Positions 1 to 14,688 of a stretch of DNA of 64,000 nucleotides are shown piece after piece. The stretch covers positions 29,190,388 to 29,254,387 of the forward strand of contig NC_092670.1 of the NCBI RefSeq assembly GCF_964355755.1. The letters are read 5' to 3'. The translations under genes and the position numbers were made by a program. How positions within the stretch are numbered: position 1 is the stretch's first letter; every line of letters starts with the position of its first letter. The notes beneath the pieces are model-generated. The model was not told the DNA's origin and did no database searches. It saw nothing but the letters and a program-made list of their open reading frames with translations. The DNA comes from Antedon mediterranea (lineage: Eukaryota > Animalia > Echinodermata).

Positions 1-1860
1 CAATATCTATTTCATCAATAATTATTTGTATTTTGTATTTGTATTTTTGTATTTGTATTATAATAATTATTATTAATAATTTATATCACATTGTTCGATA
101 TGATCAGTGTAGTCATATTTGATAACTGAGCACGCCTCTTTCAATATCTATTTCATCAATAATTATTTGTATTTTGTATTTGTATTTTTGTATTTGTACT
201 GTATTATAATAATTATTATTAATAATTTATATCACATTGTTCGATATGATCAGTGTAGTCATAATTTGATAACTGAGCACGCATCTTTCAATATCTATTT
301 CATCAATAATTATTTGTATTTTGTATTTGTATTTTTGTATTTGTATTATAATAATTAATATTAATAATTTATATCACATTGTTTGATATGATCAGTGTAG
401 TCATAATTTGATAACTGAGCACGCATCTTTCAATATCTATTTCATCAATAATTATTTGTATTTTGTATTTGTATTTTTGTATTTGTATTATAATAATTAT
501 TATTAATCATTTATATCACATTGTTCAATATGATCAGTGTAGTCATAATTTGATAACTGAGCACGCATCTTTCAATATCTATTTCATCAATAATTATTTG
601 TATTTTGTATTTGTATTTTGGTATTTGTATTATAATAATTATTATTAATAATTTATATCACATTGTTGGATATGATCAGTGTAGTCATAATTTGATAACT
701 GAGCACGCATCTTTCAATATCTATTTCATCAATAATTATTTGTATTTTGTATTTGTATTTTTGTATTTGTATTATAATAATTATTATTAATAATTTATAT
801 CACATTGTTCGATATGATCAGTGTAGTCATAATTTGATAACTGAGCACGCATCTTTCAATATCTATTTCATCAATAATTATTATTAATAATTTATATCAC
901 ATTGCTGGATATGATCAGTGTAGTCATAATTTGATAACTGAGCATACATCTTTAAAAATCTACCTCATTAATAATTAATATTAATAATCTATATCACACT
1001 GTTGGATATGATCTGTTTAGTTTTTTAATATCTACCTTATCAATAACTATTAATAATATCCTATATCACAATGTTGGATATGATCAGTGTAGTCATAGTT
1101 TGATAACTGTGAGCATACATATTTTAATATCTACCTCATCAATAATTATTATTAATAATCTATATCACAATGTTGGATATGATTAGTGTAGTCATAATTT
1201 GATAACTGAGCACGCATCTTTCAATATCTATTTCATCAATAATTATTATTAATAATTTATATCACATTGTTGGATATGATCAGTGTAGTCATACAGTAAT
1301 TTGATAACTGAGCAAAAATCTTTTAATATCTACCTCATCAATAATTAATATTAATAATCTATATCACATTGTTCGATATGATCAGTGTAGTCATAATTTG
1401 ATAACTGAGCACGCATCTTTCAATATCTACCTCATCAATAATTAATATTAATATCATATATCACATTGTTCGATATGATCAGTGTAGTCATAATTTGATA
1501 ACTGAGCACGCATCTTTTAAAATCTACCTCATCAATAATTAATATTAATAATCATATCGCATTGTTCAATATGATCAGTGTAGTCATAAATTGATAACTG
1601 AGCAAAAATCTTTTAATATCTGCATCATCAATTAATATTAATAATCTATATCAAACTGTTGGATATGATCTGTTTAGTTTTTTAATATCTACCTTTTCCA
1701 AAATAATATTCTATATCACAATGTTGGATATGATCAGTGTAATCATAGTTTGAACTACCTCAACAATAATTAATATTAATTGTCTATATACCAATATCAA
1801 ATATCAGTGTAGGCCTAGTCATTTGATAACTGAGCATGCATCATTTTATATCTGCTTCAA
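1..1860 (+). repeat. Tandem satellite, left array: 142-bp monomers (1-856) grading into ~96-97-bp degenerate monomers
   Basis: CAATATCTATTTCATC recurs at 1,142,289,431,573,715,857. The long monomer is the ~96-bp core plus a (TGTATTT)n-like block. The array runs off the left edge of the window. Confidence 0.97.
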
Positions 1861-1879
1861 ATATTAATATTGTCCTAAT

Positions 1880-3402
1880 ATAATAAGTGGTTTGAAGGAT
1901 TTTTGCAGATGGCCTTTTTTGCATTGTAAAGTTTACACTTTAAAATCTGTCAATTTATCCAAAAAGGTCAAACTTTGACCTATTTCAATAAAATCATTTC
2001 ATAAGTTGTCTTCTTTTATAGTTTTAGTGATAATCAATATTAAGTGGTTTTTTACCCCAAAAAAGTCAAACCTAGAGCTATTTTAATAAAATTATTTCAT
2101 AAATTGTCTTCTTTTATAGTTCTAGTAGTGATATAATCAATATTAAGTGGTTTGGATGATGTTTGTGGGGTGTTTTTTAAAAGTTTGCACAGTTTACATG
2201 GTAAAATGTGTCAATTTATTCCTAGAGCTATTTCAATAAAATTATTTCATAATCACCCCAAAAATGTCAAACCTAGAACTATTTTAATAAAATGATTTCA
2301 TAAATTGTCTTCTTTTATAGTTCTAGTAGTGGTATAATCAGTATTCAATTGTTTGAATGATGTTTGTGGGGTATTTTTTAAAGTTTGCATTAAGTTTACG
2401 CAGTTTACATGGTAAAATCTATCAATTATCCAAAATTGACATTTTTCACCCTAAAAAATCAAACCTAGAGCTATTTCAATAAAATGATTTCATAAATTGT
2501 CCTCTTTTATAGTTCTAATAATGATATAATCAATATTAAGTGGTTTGAATGATGTTTGTGGGTGTTTTTTTAAAGTTTGCATTAAGTTTACGCAGTTGAA
2601 ATGGTGAAATCTGTAAATTTATCCAAAATTGGCATTTTCACCCTAAAAAATCAAACTTAGAGCTATTTCTATTAAATTATTTTATAAATTGTCCTCTTTT
2701 ATAGTTCTTGTAGTGCTATAATCAGTATTAAGTGGTTTGAATAATGTTTGTGGGGTGTTTTTTTTAAGTTTGCATTAAGTTTACGCAGTTTACGTGGTAA
2801 AATCTGTAAATTTATCCAAAATTGACATTTTTTACCCAAAAAATTCAAACCTAGAGCTATTTCAATAAAATTATTTCATAAATTGTCCTCTTTTATAGTT
2901 CTTGTAGTGGTATAATCAATATTAAGTGGTTTAGATGATGTTTGTGGGGTGTTTTTTTTTAAAGTTTGCACAGTTCACATGGTAAAATCTGTCAATTTAT
3001 CCAATATTGACGTTTTCACTCCAAAAAAGTCAAACCTAGAGCTATTTCAATAACATTATTTCATAAATTGTCTTCTTTTATAGTTCTAGTAGTGCTATAA
3101 TCAGTATTCAATTGTTTGAATGATGTTTGTGGGGTATTTTTTAAAGTTTGCATTAAGTTTACGCAGTTTAAATGGTAAAATCTGTCAATTTATCCAAAAA
3201 TTGATATTTTTCACCCGAAAAAATCAAACCTAGAGCTATTTCAATAAAATGATTTCATAAATTGTCCTCTTTTATAGTTCTTGTAGTGGTATAATCAATA
3301 TTAAGTTGTTTGGATGATGTTTGTGGGTGTTTTTTTAAAGTTTGCATTACGTTTACGCAGTTTAAATGGTAAAATCTGTAAATTTATCCAAAATTGACAT
3401 TT
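1880..3402 (+). repeat. Tandem array of ~190-bp monomers (about 8 copies, first ones partial)
   Basis: TCAAACCTAGAGCTATTTCAATAAAATTATTTCATAAATTGTC recurs near 1968, 2067, 2268, 2459, 2651, 2845, 3030, 3224. Confidence 0.95.
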
Positions 3403-3471
3403 TAAAACACGAACTAGGTTGTAAAAAGTGAAGGAAGTCATTATATTTTATTATTGTTTGGTCTACCCATA

Positions 3472-3515
3472 GTTATAGCAGGGAAGAGTTAAATTTAACT
3501 CTTCCCTGGTTATAG
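3472..3515. other. 30-bp perfect palindrome with 7-bp direct repeats (probable P-superfamily excision footprint)
   Basis: GTTATAG-CAGGGAAGAGTTAAATTTAACTCTTCCCTG-GTTATAG. Confidence 0.7.
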
Positions 3516-4124
3516 GTAATAAAGGATGCCTATCATAGTCAAATGGCAATAACTGATTAGCCGAGACCAATGACATTTAAAACAACTCCTACTTAAAATT
3601 CCCTACTTATACAGTACAGCAGCTTTTTGATTGGCTGCAAGTTTAGTTTTCTGTTCGTTCATCAGAAATGGTATACATAATTATTAATCAATAAGATTAC
3701 TGGATTTCTTTAGTATTTCTGACACATTTCCAATCTTAATTGAATTATTAATGTAATGGAAATTGGTCATAGGCCTATTATAGCAACATATCATTTCTGG
3801 AAGAGTATTACGGTCTGTATAGATCGATGTTAAAACACACGTCCTCATTTATCAAATAATTCATTCACTGCCCATTTATTCTGTTAAGAAGAACTGGGAC
3901 CCTCAATAGAAGCCAAAGCATGTCTCATGATGGCCTCTACAATACATATCAAACATAAAAAGATATGGAATATTTTTATTTTTACAGCGGCACACGTTCA
4001 TCATAAACGATGCGTTCTTAAAAGTATAAATTTAAACAGCAAACGGATACAAATCAATAGGGTAATTAGGAACAAAAGAATAACACATTTTCAAAACCCA
4101 TCGACTCGATCTCTTGTATACAGT

Positions 4125-7100
4125 AAATCTAACAAAATCACACTGATCATATCCAACATTAAGTATTAATAATTATTATTGATTAGGTAGATAATAAAAG
4201 ATGCGTTATATCAATTTATGAATACACAGATCATATCCAACAATGTGATATAGATTATTAATAATAATTTTTAATGAGTTAGATATTTAAAGATGCGTGC
4301 TCAGTTATCAAATTATGACTACACTGATCATATCCAACAATGTGATATAAGACATTAATAATAATTATTGATGAAATAGATATTTAAAGATGCGTGCTCA
4401 GTTATCAAATGACGACTACACTGATCATATCCAACAATGTGATATATGATATTAATATGAATTATTGATGCGGTAGATATTGAAAGATGCGTGCTCAGTT
4501 ATCAAATTCTGACTACACTGATCATATCCAACAATGTGATATATGATATTAATATAAATTATTAATGAGGTAGATATTTAAAGATACGTGATCAGTTATC
4601 AAATTCTGACTACACTGATCATATCCAACAATGTGATATATGATATTAATATAAATTATTAATGAGGTAGATATTGAAAGATACGTGATCAGTTATCAAA
4701 TGACGACTACACTGATCATATCCAACAATGTGATATAGATTATTAATATTAATTAATGATGTGGTAGATATTAAAAGATGCGTGCTCAGTTATCAAATTC
4801 TGACTATACTGATCATATCCAACAATGTGATATACGATATTAATATAAATTATTAATGAGGTAGATATTGACAGATACGTGATCAGTTATCAAATGACGA
4901 CTACACTGATCATATCCAACAATGTGATATATGATATTAATATGAATTATTGATGCGGTAGATATTGAAAGACGCGTGCTCAGTTATCAAATTCTGACTA
5001 CACAGATCATATCCAACAATGTGATATATGATATTAATATAAATTATTATTGAGGTAGATATTAAAAAATACGTGCTCAGTTATCAAATTATGACTACAC
5101 TGATCATATCCAACAATGTGATATATGATATTAATATTAATTAATGATAAGGTAGATATTGAAAAATACGTGATCAGTTATCAAATGACGACTACACTGA
5201 TCTTATCCAACAATGTGATATATGATATTAATATAAATTATTGATGACGTAGATATTAAAAGATGCGTGCTCAGTTATCAAATTCTGACTACACTGATCA
5301 TATCCAACAATGTGATATATGATATTAATATAAATTATTAATGAGGTAGATATTAAAAGATGCGTGCTCAGTTATCAAATTCTGACTACACTGATCATAT
5401 CCAACAATGTGATATATGATATTAATATAAATTATTAATGAGGTAGATATTGAAAGATGCGTGCTCAGTTATCAAATTCTGACTACACTGATCATATCCA
5501 ACAATGTGATATATGATATTAATATAAATTATTATTGAGGTAGATATTAAAAGATACGTGCTCAGTTATCAAATTCTGACTACACTGATCATATCCAACA
5601 ATGTGATATATGATATTAATATAAATTATTAATGAGGTAGATATTGACAGATACGTGATCAGTTATCAAATGACGACTACACTGATCATATCCAACAATG
5701 TGATATATGATATTAATATGAATTATTGATGCGGTAGATATTGAAAGACGCGTGCTCAGTTATCAAATTCTGACTACAGAGATCATATCCAACAATGTGA
5801 TATATGATATTAATATAAATTATTATTGAGGTAGATATTAAAAAATACGTGCTCAGTTATCAAATTATGACTACACTGATCATATCCAACAATGTGATAT
5901 ATGATATTAATATTAATTAATGATGAGGTAGATATTGAAAGATACGTGATCAGTTATCAAATGACGACTACACTGATCATATCCAACAATGTGATATATG
6001 ATATTAATATAAATTATTATTGAGGTAGATATTAAAAGATACGTGCTCAGTTATCAAATTCTGACTACACTGATCATATCCAACAATGTGATATATGATA
6101 TTAATATAAATTATTAATGAGGTAGATATTAAAAGATACGTGCTCAGTTATCAAATTCTGACTACACTGATCATATCCAACAATGTGATATATGATATTA
6201 ATATAAATTATTAATGAGGTAGATATTTAAAGATGCGTGCTCAGTTATCAAATTACGACTACACTGATCATATCCAACAATGTGATATATGATATTAATA
6301 TAAATTATTAATGAGTTAGATATTGAAAGATGCGTGCTCAGTTATCAAATTCTGACTACACTGATCATATCCAACAATGTGATATATGATATTAATATAA
6401 ATTATTATTGAGGTAGATATTAAAAGATACGTGCTCAGTTATCAAATTCTGACTACACTGATCATATCCAACAATGTGATATATGATATTAATATAAATT
6501 ATTAATGAGGTAGATATTTAAAGATGCGTGCTCAGTTATCAAATTACGACTACACTGATCATATCCAACAATGTGATATATGATATTAATATAAATTATT
6601 ATTGAGGTAGATATTAAAAGATACGTGCTCAGTTATCAATTTCTGACTACACTGATCATATCCAACAATGTGATATATGATATTAATATAAATTATTAAT
6701 GAGGTAGATATTTAAAGATGCGTGCTCAGTTATCAAATTACGACTACACTGATCATATCCAACAATGTGATATATGATATTAATATAAATTATTATTGAG
6801 GTAGATATTGAAAGATGCGTGCTCAGTTATCAAATTATGACTGCACTCATCATATTCAACAATGTGATATAGGATATTAATAATAATTCTTAATGAGGTA
6901 GATATTGAAAGATACGTCCTCAGTTATCAAATTCTGACTACACGGATCATATCCAACAATGTGATATATGATATTAATATAAATTATTAATGAGGTAGAT
7001 ATTGAAAGATGCGTGCTCAGTTATCAAATTCTGACTACACTGATCATATCCAACAATGTGATATATGATATTAATATAAATTATTAATGAGGTAGATATT

Positions 7101-8885
7101 GACAGATACGTGATCAGTTATCAAATGACGACTACACTGATCATATCCAACAATGTGATATATGATATTAATATAAATTATTAATGAGGTAGATATTGAC
7201 AGATACGTGATCAGTTATCAAATGACGACTACACTGATCCTATCCAACAATGTGATATATGATATTAATATGAATTATTGATGCGGTAGATATTGAAAGA
7301 TGCGTGCTCAGTTATCAAATTCTGACTACACTGATCATATCCAACAATGTGATATATGATATTAATATAAATTATTATTGAGGTAGATATTAAAAGATAC
7401 GTGCTCAGTTATCAAATTATGACTACACTGATCATATCCAACAATGTGATATATGATATTAATATTAATTAATGATGTGGTAGATATTGAAAGATACGTG
7501 ATCAGTTATCAAATGACGACTACACTGATCATATCCAACAATGTGATATATGATATTAATATAAATTATTATTGAGGTAGATATTAAAAGATACGTGCTC
7601 AGTTATCAAATTCTGACTACACTGATCATATCCAACAATGTGATATATGATATTAATATAAATTATTAATGAGGTAGATATTAAAAGATACGTGCTCAGT
7701 TATCAAATTCTGACTACACTGATCATATCCAACAATGTGATATATGATATTAATATAAATTATTAATGAGGTAGATATTTAAAGATGCGTGCTCAGTTAT
7801 CAAATTACGACTACACTGATCATATCCAACAATGTGATATATGATATTAATATAAATTATTAATGAGGTAGATATTGAAAGATGCGTGCTCAGTTATCAA
7901 ATTCTGACTACACTGATCATATCCAACAATGTGATATATGATATTAATATAAATTATTATTGAGGTAGATATTAAAAGATACGTGCTCAGTTATCAAATT
8001 CTGACTACACTGATCATATCCAACAATGTGATATATGATATTAATATAAATTATTAATGAGGTAGATATTTAAAGATGCGTGCTCAGTTATCAAATTACG
8101 ACTACACTGATCATATCCAACAATGTGATATATGATATTAATATAAATTATTATTGAGGTAGATATTAAAAGATACGTGCTCAGTTATCAATTTCTGACT
8201 ACACTGATCATATCCAACAATGTGATATATGATATTAATATAAATTATTAATGAGGTAGATATTAAAAGATGCGTGCTCAGTTATCAAATTCTGACTACA
8301 CTGATCATATCCAACAATGTGATATATGATATTAATATAAATTATTATTGAGGTAGATATTAAAGGATACGTGCTCAGTTATCAAATTCTGACTACACTG
8401 ATCATATCCAACAATGTGATATATGATATTAATATAAATTATTAATGAGGTAGATATTTAAAGATGCGTGCTCAGTTATCAAATTACGACTACACTGATC
8501 ATATCCAACAATGTGATATAGATTATTTATATTAATTTTGATGCGGTAGATATTTAAAGATGCGTGCTCAGTTATCAAATGACGACTACACTGATCATAT
8601 CCAACAATGTGATATAGATTATTAATAATAATTATTGATGATGTAGATATTAAAAGATACGTGCTCAGTTATCAAATTATGACTACACTGATCATATCCA
8701 ACAATGTGATATATGATATTAATATTAAAATTGATGACGTAGATTCTAAAAGATGCGTGCTCAGTTATCAAATTATGACTACACTCATCATATTCAACAA
8801 CGTGATATAGATTATTAATAATAATTATTGATGAGGTAGATGTGAGATGCGTGCTCAGTTATCAAATTGTAACTACACTGATCAT
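4125..8885 (-). repeat. Tandem satellite, right array: 97-bp monomer, roughly 48 copies, reverse complement of the left-array core
   Basis: GATGCGTGCTCAGTTATCAAATT...GACTACACTGATCATATCCAACAATGTGATATA at 97-bp spacing (4292, 4389, 4486...). Its reverse complement is the unit seen at 860-1860. Confidence 0.98.
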
Positions 8886-11577
8886 AATACTGTACACATA
8901 GTCCTTATGCAATTAGACATTGATTTAGTAGTACTACATATCATTTGTTAAATTAAGAATGTTGTTTCTGTGTTATTAAAAAACTTATTGAAATTTTTTA
9001 AAGTAAAAATATCAGTATTGATACCTATAAATTTGTATATCATAATAACATGCTTGATATTATAATAATGTGTTCTTTATTACAACTAAGAAACAATTAT
9101 GTACGAGGATTATACACACTGATAGCTCTCAGTTATCAAAAAACGACTACACAATATAGCTCATGTTGTGCAACAATTTAAAATGGTCAATAATGTAAAC
9201 ATAGAGGGCGGATATCAAAATATACAAAAAACACATGCTGCCAATTTTGTTGTGAACAACATCAGAGCATACACAACGACTGAACCGCGGTTCAATTTGA
9301 TTATACAAATATTTGATTTTTGGATAATATTTAGCCTGTTTAATTACTGATATATAACCTTTATATCAAATACTGTTTTTCATACACTGTAGGAACGGTT
9401 TATTTTTCCATAATTGGTTAAAAAAACACAGGTAAGTCGTTGTTTCATTTTATATTGTCGTGAGGAAAAGTCACATTTTGATAGAACATGACAGACGTCC
9501 GCAAGCGAACTGCTGATTAGAATGGCTGAATTTGTCGTTAAAAATGAAAATTCGTTAATTGTTGTAGACCATTGTATTCATATAAGTTTATATCTAAAAA
9601 ACGGTTGGTTTGTTTTTAACTAAAAATAAAGATGCACGATTCTATGTATGATTACAGACTCTTACCTAGGCCTATAACTATTTTAAGACGTGAAATAAGG
9701 AAGGCATCAAAGGGTAATACATAAAGGATGCCTCTTCTCATAGATTTTAATGTGTGTCTCATATATGTTCGTTTAAGTGTTGAATATGGGGCTATTGGGA
9801 AAGGTAAAGAATTCTGTGTGTTTCTGATACCGTATGTATACGTATATCAAAGAAAGAATCTCTATTACAGTACTTGGTATTAAACTGACGATGGCCTCAT
9901 GTAAAATGACCTGCAGAATTTTGGGAAGTCCTGTTTTTAAATTCTTGAAATTAACTTTGACAATTATGTGAGAAATCATTATTTTAGTTAGTAAAACGTA
10001 ATTAAGATTGATTATTTTTAGTTATCTTTATTTCAGCCAAGTTGTGTAAAATAGAGAAATTCAATGTTAAAAAAATCATTATAAATAAAACTAGAGATAT
10101 GTATGATGGTACCATAATATCCAAGTTTATTTAGCTGCTATTAAATAAAGCTATGGTTATCTACAGTACCTTCCCTGAAGTACTGTACTTTACCCCTAGA
10201 TAATCTTAACCCACTAAAAGTCTACATTCCTATGGCTCATGAACTGTGATCCATCATGTGACGACTTCTCAAGTGCGGATTCTATCGATAGTGACCCACG
10301 ACAGGCCATTTTTGATCAGCTCGCGAGGCATGTGAATGACTATCGATTAAGATTCTTTTTTGTGATAGACACAACCTTCCGGCGGTATTCATAGATGTAC
10401 ATCAATTTTTTTACAGACCGAATTAATTTGCCTGTATTGTAGATACCATTAAATTGACTTGTATAAAAAATATGTTGAACTTGTAGTTTATCAATGTACA
10501 GTGCACTGTTTCTGTTCACCATTTTCATTGTTATTACTAACTTCTTCTGTTTATAAATTCATATAAAGTGATAACTGATTAATGTAGAAATCAATATCAC
10601 TAGTATCTTGCCTTTTAAAGAAAGTAATGATCATCATTTGTTTAATTACTGTTGAGGTAACGGTAACCAGTTTTCATTAGTCATCAACGACCACTAGACA
10701 GAATGCATTGATGCATCCACTTTTTGTTTGTTATTGCCTTGGGGAAATTAAATACACACCTAGCCTTATTTTTTATTCTTTAATAGTCCTATGTTGTTTG
10801 GACTGGTTCACACCAAATTCTCAGCTTGTGTGAGAACACTGAACATGATCTGAATTATGATTATTGGTCAGAATCAAGAATGTATTAACAGTTGGCGATT
10901 AGCGAAGTTCCTTTGGTGTCAACTATTGTAAAGTAGTGGCAAGGCACTGCAGATTAATTTGATAGATGTACAGTATCGGCGCTATGAACATTTCCACTAT
11001 GTTACTGGTTATCATGAGTATCATATTGTTTAGATCCTTTTATTCCTTTTCTATTGAAAACCGTCCCGTCATGCAGCCTTTTATGAGACAACTAAAAATT
11101 GCTCCATAGAAACTGTTATTAAAATACAACCAGTTTTGATGACATTTGGAATCAATTGGGGTTTTTTTTTAAACCTTAATTGATGACAGCAGAACCTGGC
11201 CCTATACATTTAAGTAACTGATACTGATAGGCAATGAACCCAATTGAGTGTCTTTGGACCAGTTCTGGCTTATTTACCCAGGCACATCAACTACATGAAC
11301 CGATTATCAGAAAATTCGGTGGGTTCTCTGCAGGTTGCCAACTTTTACTCGGGAAAGCCTGAACACACCCTATCTTTCGCTTTAAGTTGCTAGTTTCCGT
11401 CAAATCTTACTGCTGAAACAAGATAAATTATTTTTGTAAAAACATAGAATGCAGATCTGAGAATGTACTGACAGTACAGTATGTGCCTGTTTCTTCTGCA
11501 TATCCTCAAAATACGTACATACATAATAACGTATACAAATATGGTATACGGTATATTTTATACAATATTTTTTAGTA

Positions 11578-11988
11578 GCCTGTTTCTGCTAGTAGTAAGT
11601 ATTAATTATCTTGGGTGGTCATGTTAAAATTCATCTTTTTTATCCAACCTGCCTTTCGATACCCCAAAATGGGTAAAAGTTATTCCTTCCTTGCCTAAAT
11701 TAGAATTTGTTATCGTTGGCGATGTTGTATTGTAGCCTTTGCTTTCACAGTCTCTGTTTGTTTTGTTATTGAATTCTTTTTTCAACGACAAGTTCGCACA
11801 CCCTATACTCTCCTTTAACTTTTGCTAAATTCTGGCTGTAGTGTCCTGTTTGTTGTTTTTTAATTTTCTCGAAATATTTCTTTCCCCAAATGTTGTTCCT
11901 TACTTTCCTTGACTATAGATTATCCATCCATGTTTAACAAATATACTGTATTAAAATACGGTATTTACTTGGTAGCAGAAACAGGGCC
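11578..11988. mobile_element. MITE, Harbinger-like TIR family (GCCTGTTTCTGCT...AGCAGAAACAGGGC)
   Basis: Imperfect ~24-bp terminal inverted repeats that share their core with the TIRs at 22990/27260. Confidence 0.55.
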
Positions 11989-12654
11989 TATGAAAGATCT
12001 ATTTAGATACAATAATATGATACATGATTTTCAAAACCTTCTTAAAACATGAATGCTCTTTTACTTAATGACCTTAAGGTCATTCCTCTCTGCTTGCTTT
12101 AAAACACTTTACATGAGAATTTCCCAAGAGACATACAAATTGGCTGGTGAATTCTAAAGCATAAACTTATCAATATAATTTATTAGTTTGGGAATGGAAA
12201 TAAGGATTATTGGTATCATAGTATCATGATCAACTTGATATCACTTTCATTTATTCAATGACTGACAAATAATAATATGCAAAACATATTGATTTTGTTG
12301 GATGGCAATTTCTTTAGCCATTTCATACAACTATGAAATGCACAATAATTGTAACGATAGAATAAATTACAGTGTATCATTATTATACATGTACATGGAG
12401 GACGGAGTAGTGTAAGTGGAAAAGGAGATATGAAAGCAAGGAAATTATAGGAAATGTACAACAGTAGAAGTAGGAAGAAATCATTTAAACCATATTTAAA
12501 CCAACCAAGTCAACACAACTTGACTTGTGGCATATTGTAGAATAATCATAATGCATTGTTTTGGTATTGCTACTATGAAACTAAATTTATGAATTTAAGT
12601 AGTACGGTAACAGTGTAATATTGGTAAATACCCAGTGTTGATACAGGGGACCTG

Positions 12655-13063
12655 ATGAATCCACAAATGTGAAAACACATCACCCACAAAAGTGAAAACC
12701 ATCACAAACGTGAAAACACATCGCCCAAAAATGTGAAAAAACAACAATTTTGTGGTCGTTATCACATTTGTGGGCAATGATCATTTTTACATTAATGTGG
12801 GTGCTCTTTACATTATTACATTTGTGGGTGATGTGTTTTCACATTTCTGGTTGTTTTCACATTTGTGGGTGATGTGTTTTCACATTTGTGGGTGATGTGT
12901 TTTCACATTTGTGGTTGTTTTCACATTTGTGGGTGATGTGTTTTCACATTTGTGGTTGTTTTCACATTTGTGGGTGATGCGTTTTCACATTTGTGGGTGA
13001 TGCGTTTTCACATTTGTGGTTGTTTTCACATTTGTGGGTGATGCGTTTTTACATTTGTGGGCC
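12655..13063. mobile_element. Small foldback-type element with arms made of 17/22-bp subrepeats
   Basis: Left arm (CCACAAATGTGAAAACACATCAC)n at 12661-12740; right arm (TTTTCACATTTGTGGGTGATGTG)n at 12818-13060 in inverted orientation. Confidence 0.75.
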
Positions 13064-13096
13064 CTTGATGCAGTACAAATAAATCCTAGGTGGTGG

Positions 13097-14688
13097 ATCT
13101 AGGACAACTACCACCCGGACAACTACCACCGGACAATAACTCCCCAGACAATCACCCTTCTAGGACAACTATCCCACGGACAACTATCCTCTTTAGACAA
13201 CTACCCCCTATGACAATTACCCCCCTACTGTACTGTAGGACAATTACCCCTTAGGAAAACTACCCTCTAGCTTCCCACTAGGACATTTACAATTGGCCCA
13301 TAGGAAAACTACAGCAGCTTTGCAACTACGATTGGTGCCAATTGTATTGTAAATCAAATTGTGTGTGAAGAGGGGACTAAGAGGTCGGTGTACCACACTA
13401 TACATTTTACAATATTTGACGTGAAATTATTAAAATATTCTACCTATTTAATATATTGATGTATGTGCCTAAGATTTGTAGTCTATTTTGTAATAACTGT
13501 ACCGATCTTTAAAAAAAAATAAAACTTCTAAAAAGACAAACAATGAAAACGATTTCCTCAATTGGCACAGTTAGCTATGTTTTCATAATCGGCTTTTTTT
13601 TTTCAATCTAAAGTAAAATTAGGAGGCTGTTTGCTATAGAATACGAATTGATATAAACTGAAATAAGTAGACAGTTAGACATAAACACATCATGGATATA
13701 ATTATTCTTTAGAAAAATGTTGTCCTATTTTCTCAGGAGTGGGGAGAAAATGTTTAAAAAAAATTACTTAAAGTTCTTCTATGAAGTAGTAACAGCCAAA
13801 CCAATATTCCATTATTATTGGACTTGCAGTAAATGTATATCAATAACAACATAACATAAGCTGTTATGGTAAAACATTTGTTTTGAAAACGAAAAGAGAG
13901 AACATAATCAGGCCAATTTTATCAATATTAAGGGGATGATAGAAAATAACCTTTTTTTAAAGATTTTCGATTGACTAGTGCAGCTAGGTAAACTGTATGT
14001 TCATAGATTTATATGCGGCATCTTTATGTCACGCAAGAATAAAATAAGCCCACCCCTTTATTTTTCAAGATTGGAATACGTTTTAATCATTTGGAGCGTT
14101 ATCGATTCTCGTTTAAAGTCAAATAACTGCTGACTCATATTTAAAGATTCAAAAGCTTTCATTTAAGATTAATCTGTCTCCCTATGATTTGAAGTTCAGT
14201 AAGTTTTACAAGATCATAATCATAACCTAAGGTCATGGAGGTATACCTGTAGGTGTAGGTGTCATGATATACAGTAGGTGTGGTTTTTCAGAGGGTATTG
14301 TTGTTCTAGAGGGGTAGTTGTCCTAGAGGGTAGTTTTCCTAGGGGGTAGTTGTCCTAGGGGGTAGTTGTCCTAGGGGGTAGTTGTCCTAAGGGGGTAGTT
14401 GTCCTAAGAGGGTAGTTTTCCTAGGGGGTAGTTTTCCTAGGGGGTAGTTTTCCTAGGGGGTAGTTTTCCTAGGGGGTAGTTATCCTAAGGGGGTAGTTGT
14501 CCTAAGGGGGTAGTTGTCCTAGGGAGTAGTTGTCCTATGGGGTAGTTATCCGGGTGGTAGTTGTCCTAAGGGGGGTAGTTGTCCTAGGGAGTAATTGTCC
14601 AGGTAGTAGTTGTCCTAGAAGGTAATTGTCCGGGTGGTACAGTAGTTGTCCGGGTGGTAATTGTCCAGGGGGTAGTTGTCCGGATACG
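13097..14688. mobile_element. Non-autonomous foldback element with modular arms (Mutator/MULE-like by architecture)
   Basis: Left arm (TAGGACAACTACCCC)n at 13097-13310; right arm (GGGGTAGTTGTCCTAG)n at 14292-14685; ~1 kb non-coding loop. Confidence 0.8.

Noticed and set aside
119-790. Repeated short ORFs in the satellite
   Set aside because: They are translations of tandem monomers with no protein motifs.
1-8885. CRISPR-like regular repeats
   Set aside because: Monomers are contiguous with no unique spacers, there are no cas genes, and the context is eukaryotic.
14292-14685. Telomere-like G-rich repeat
   Set aside because: The ~16-bp unit has an inverted counterpart at 13097-13310, so it is a transposon arm.
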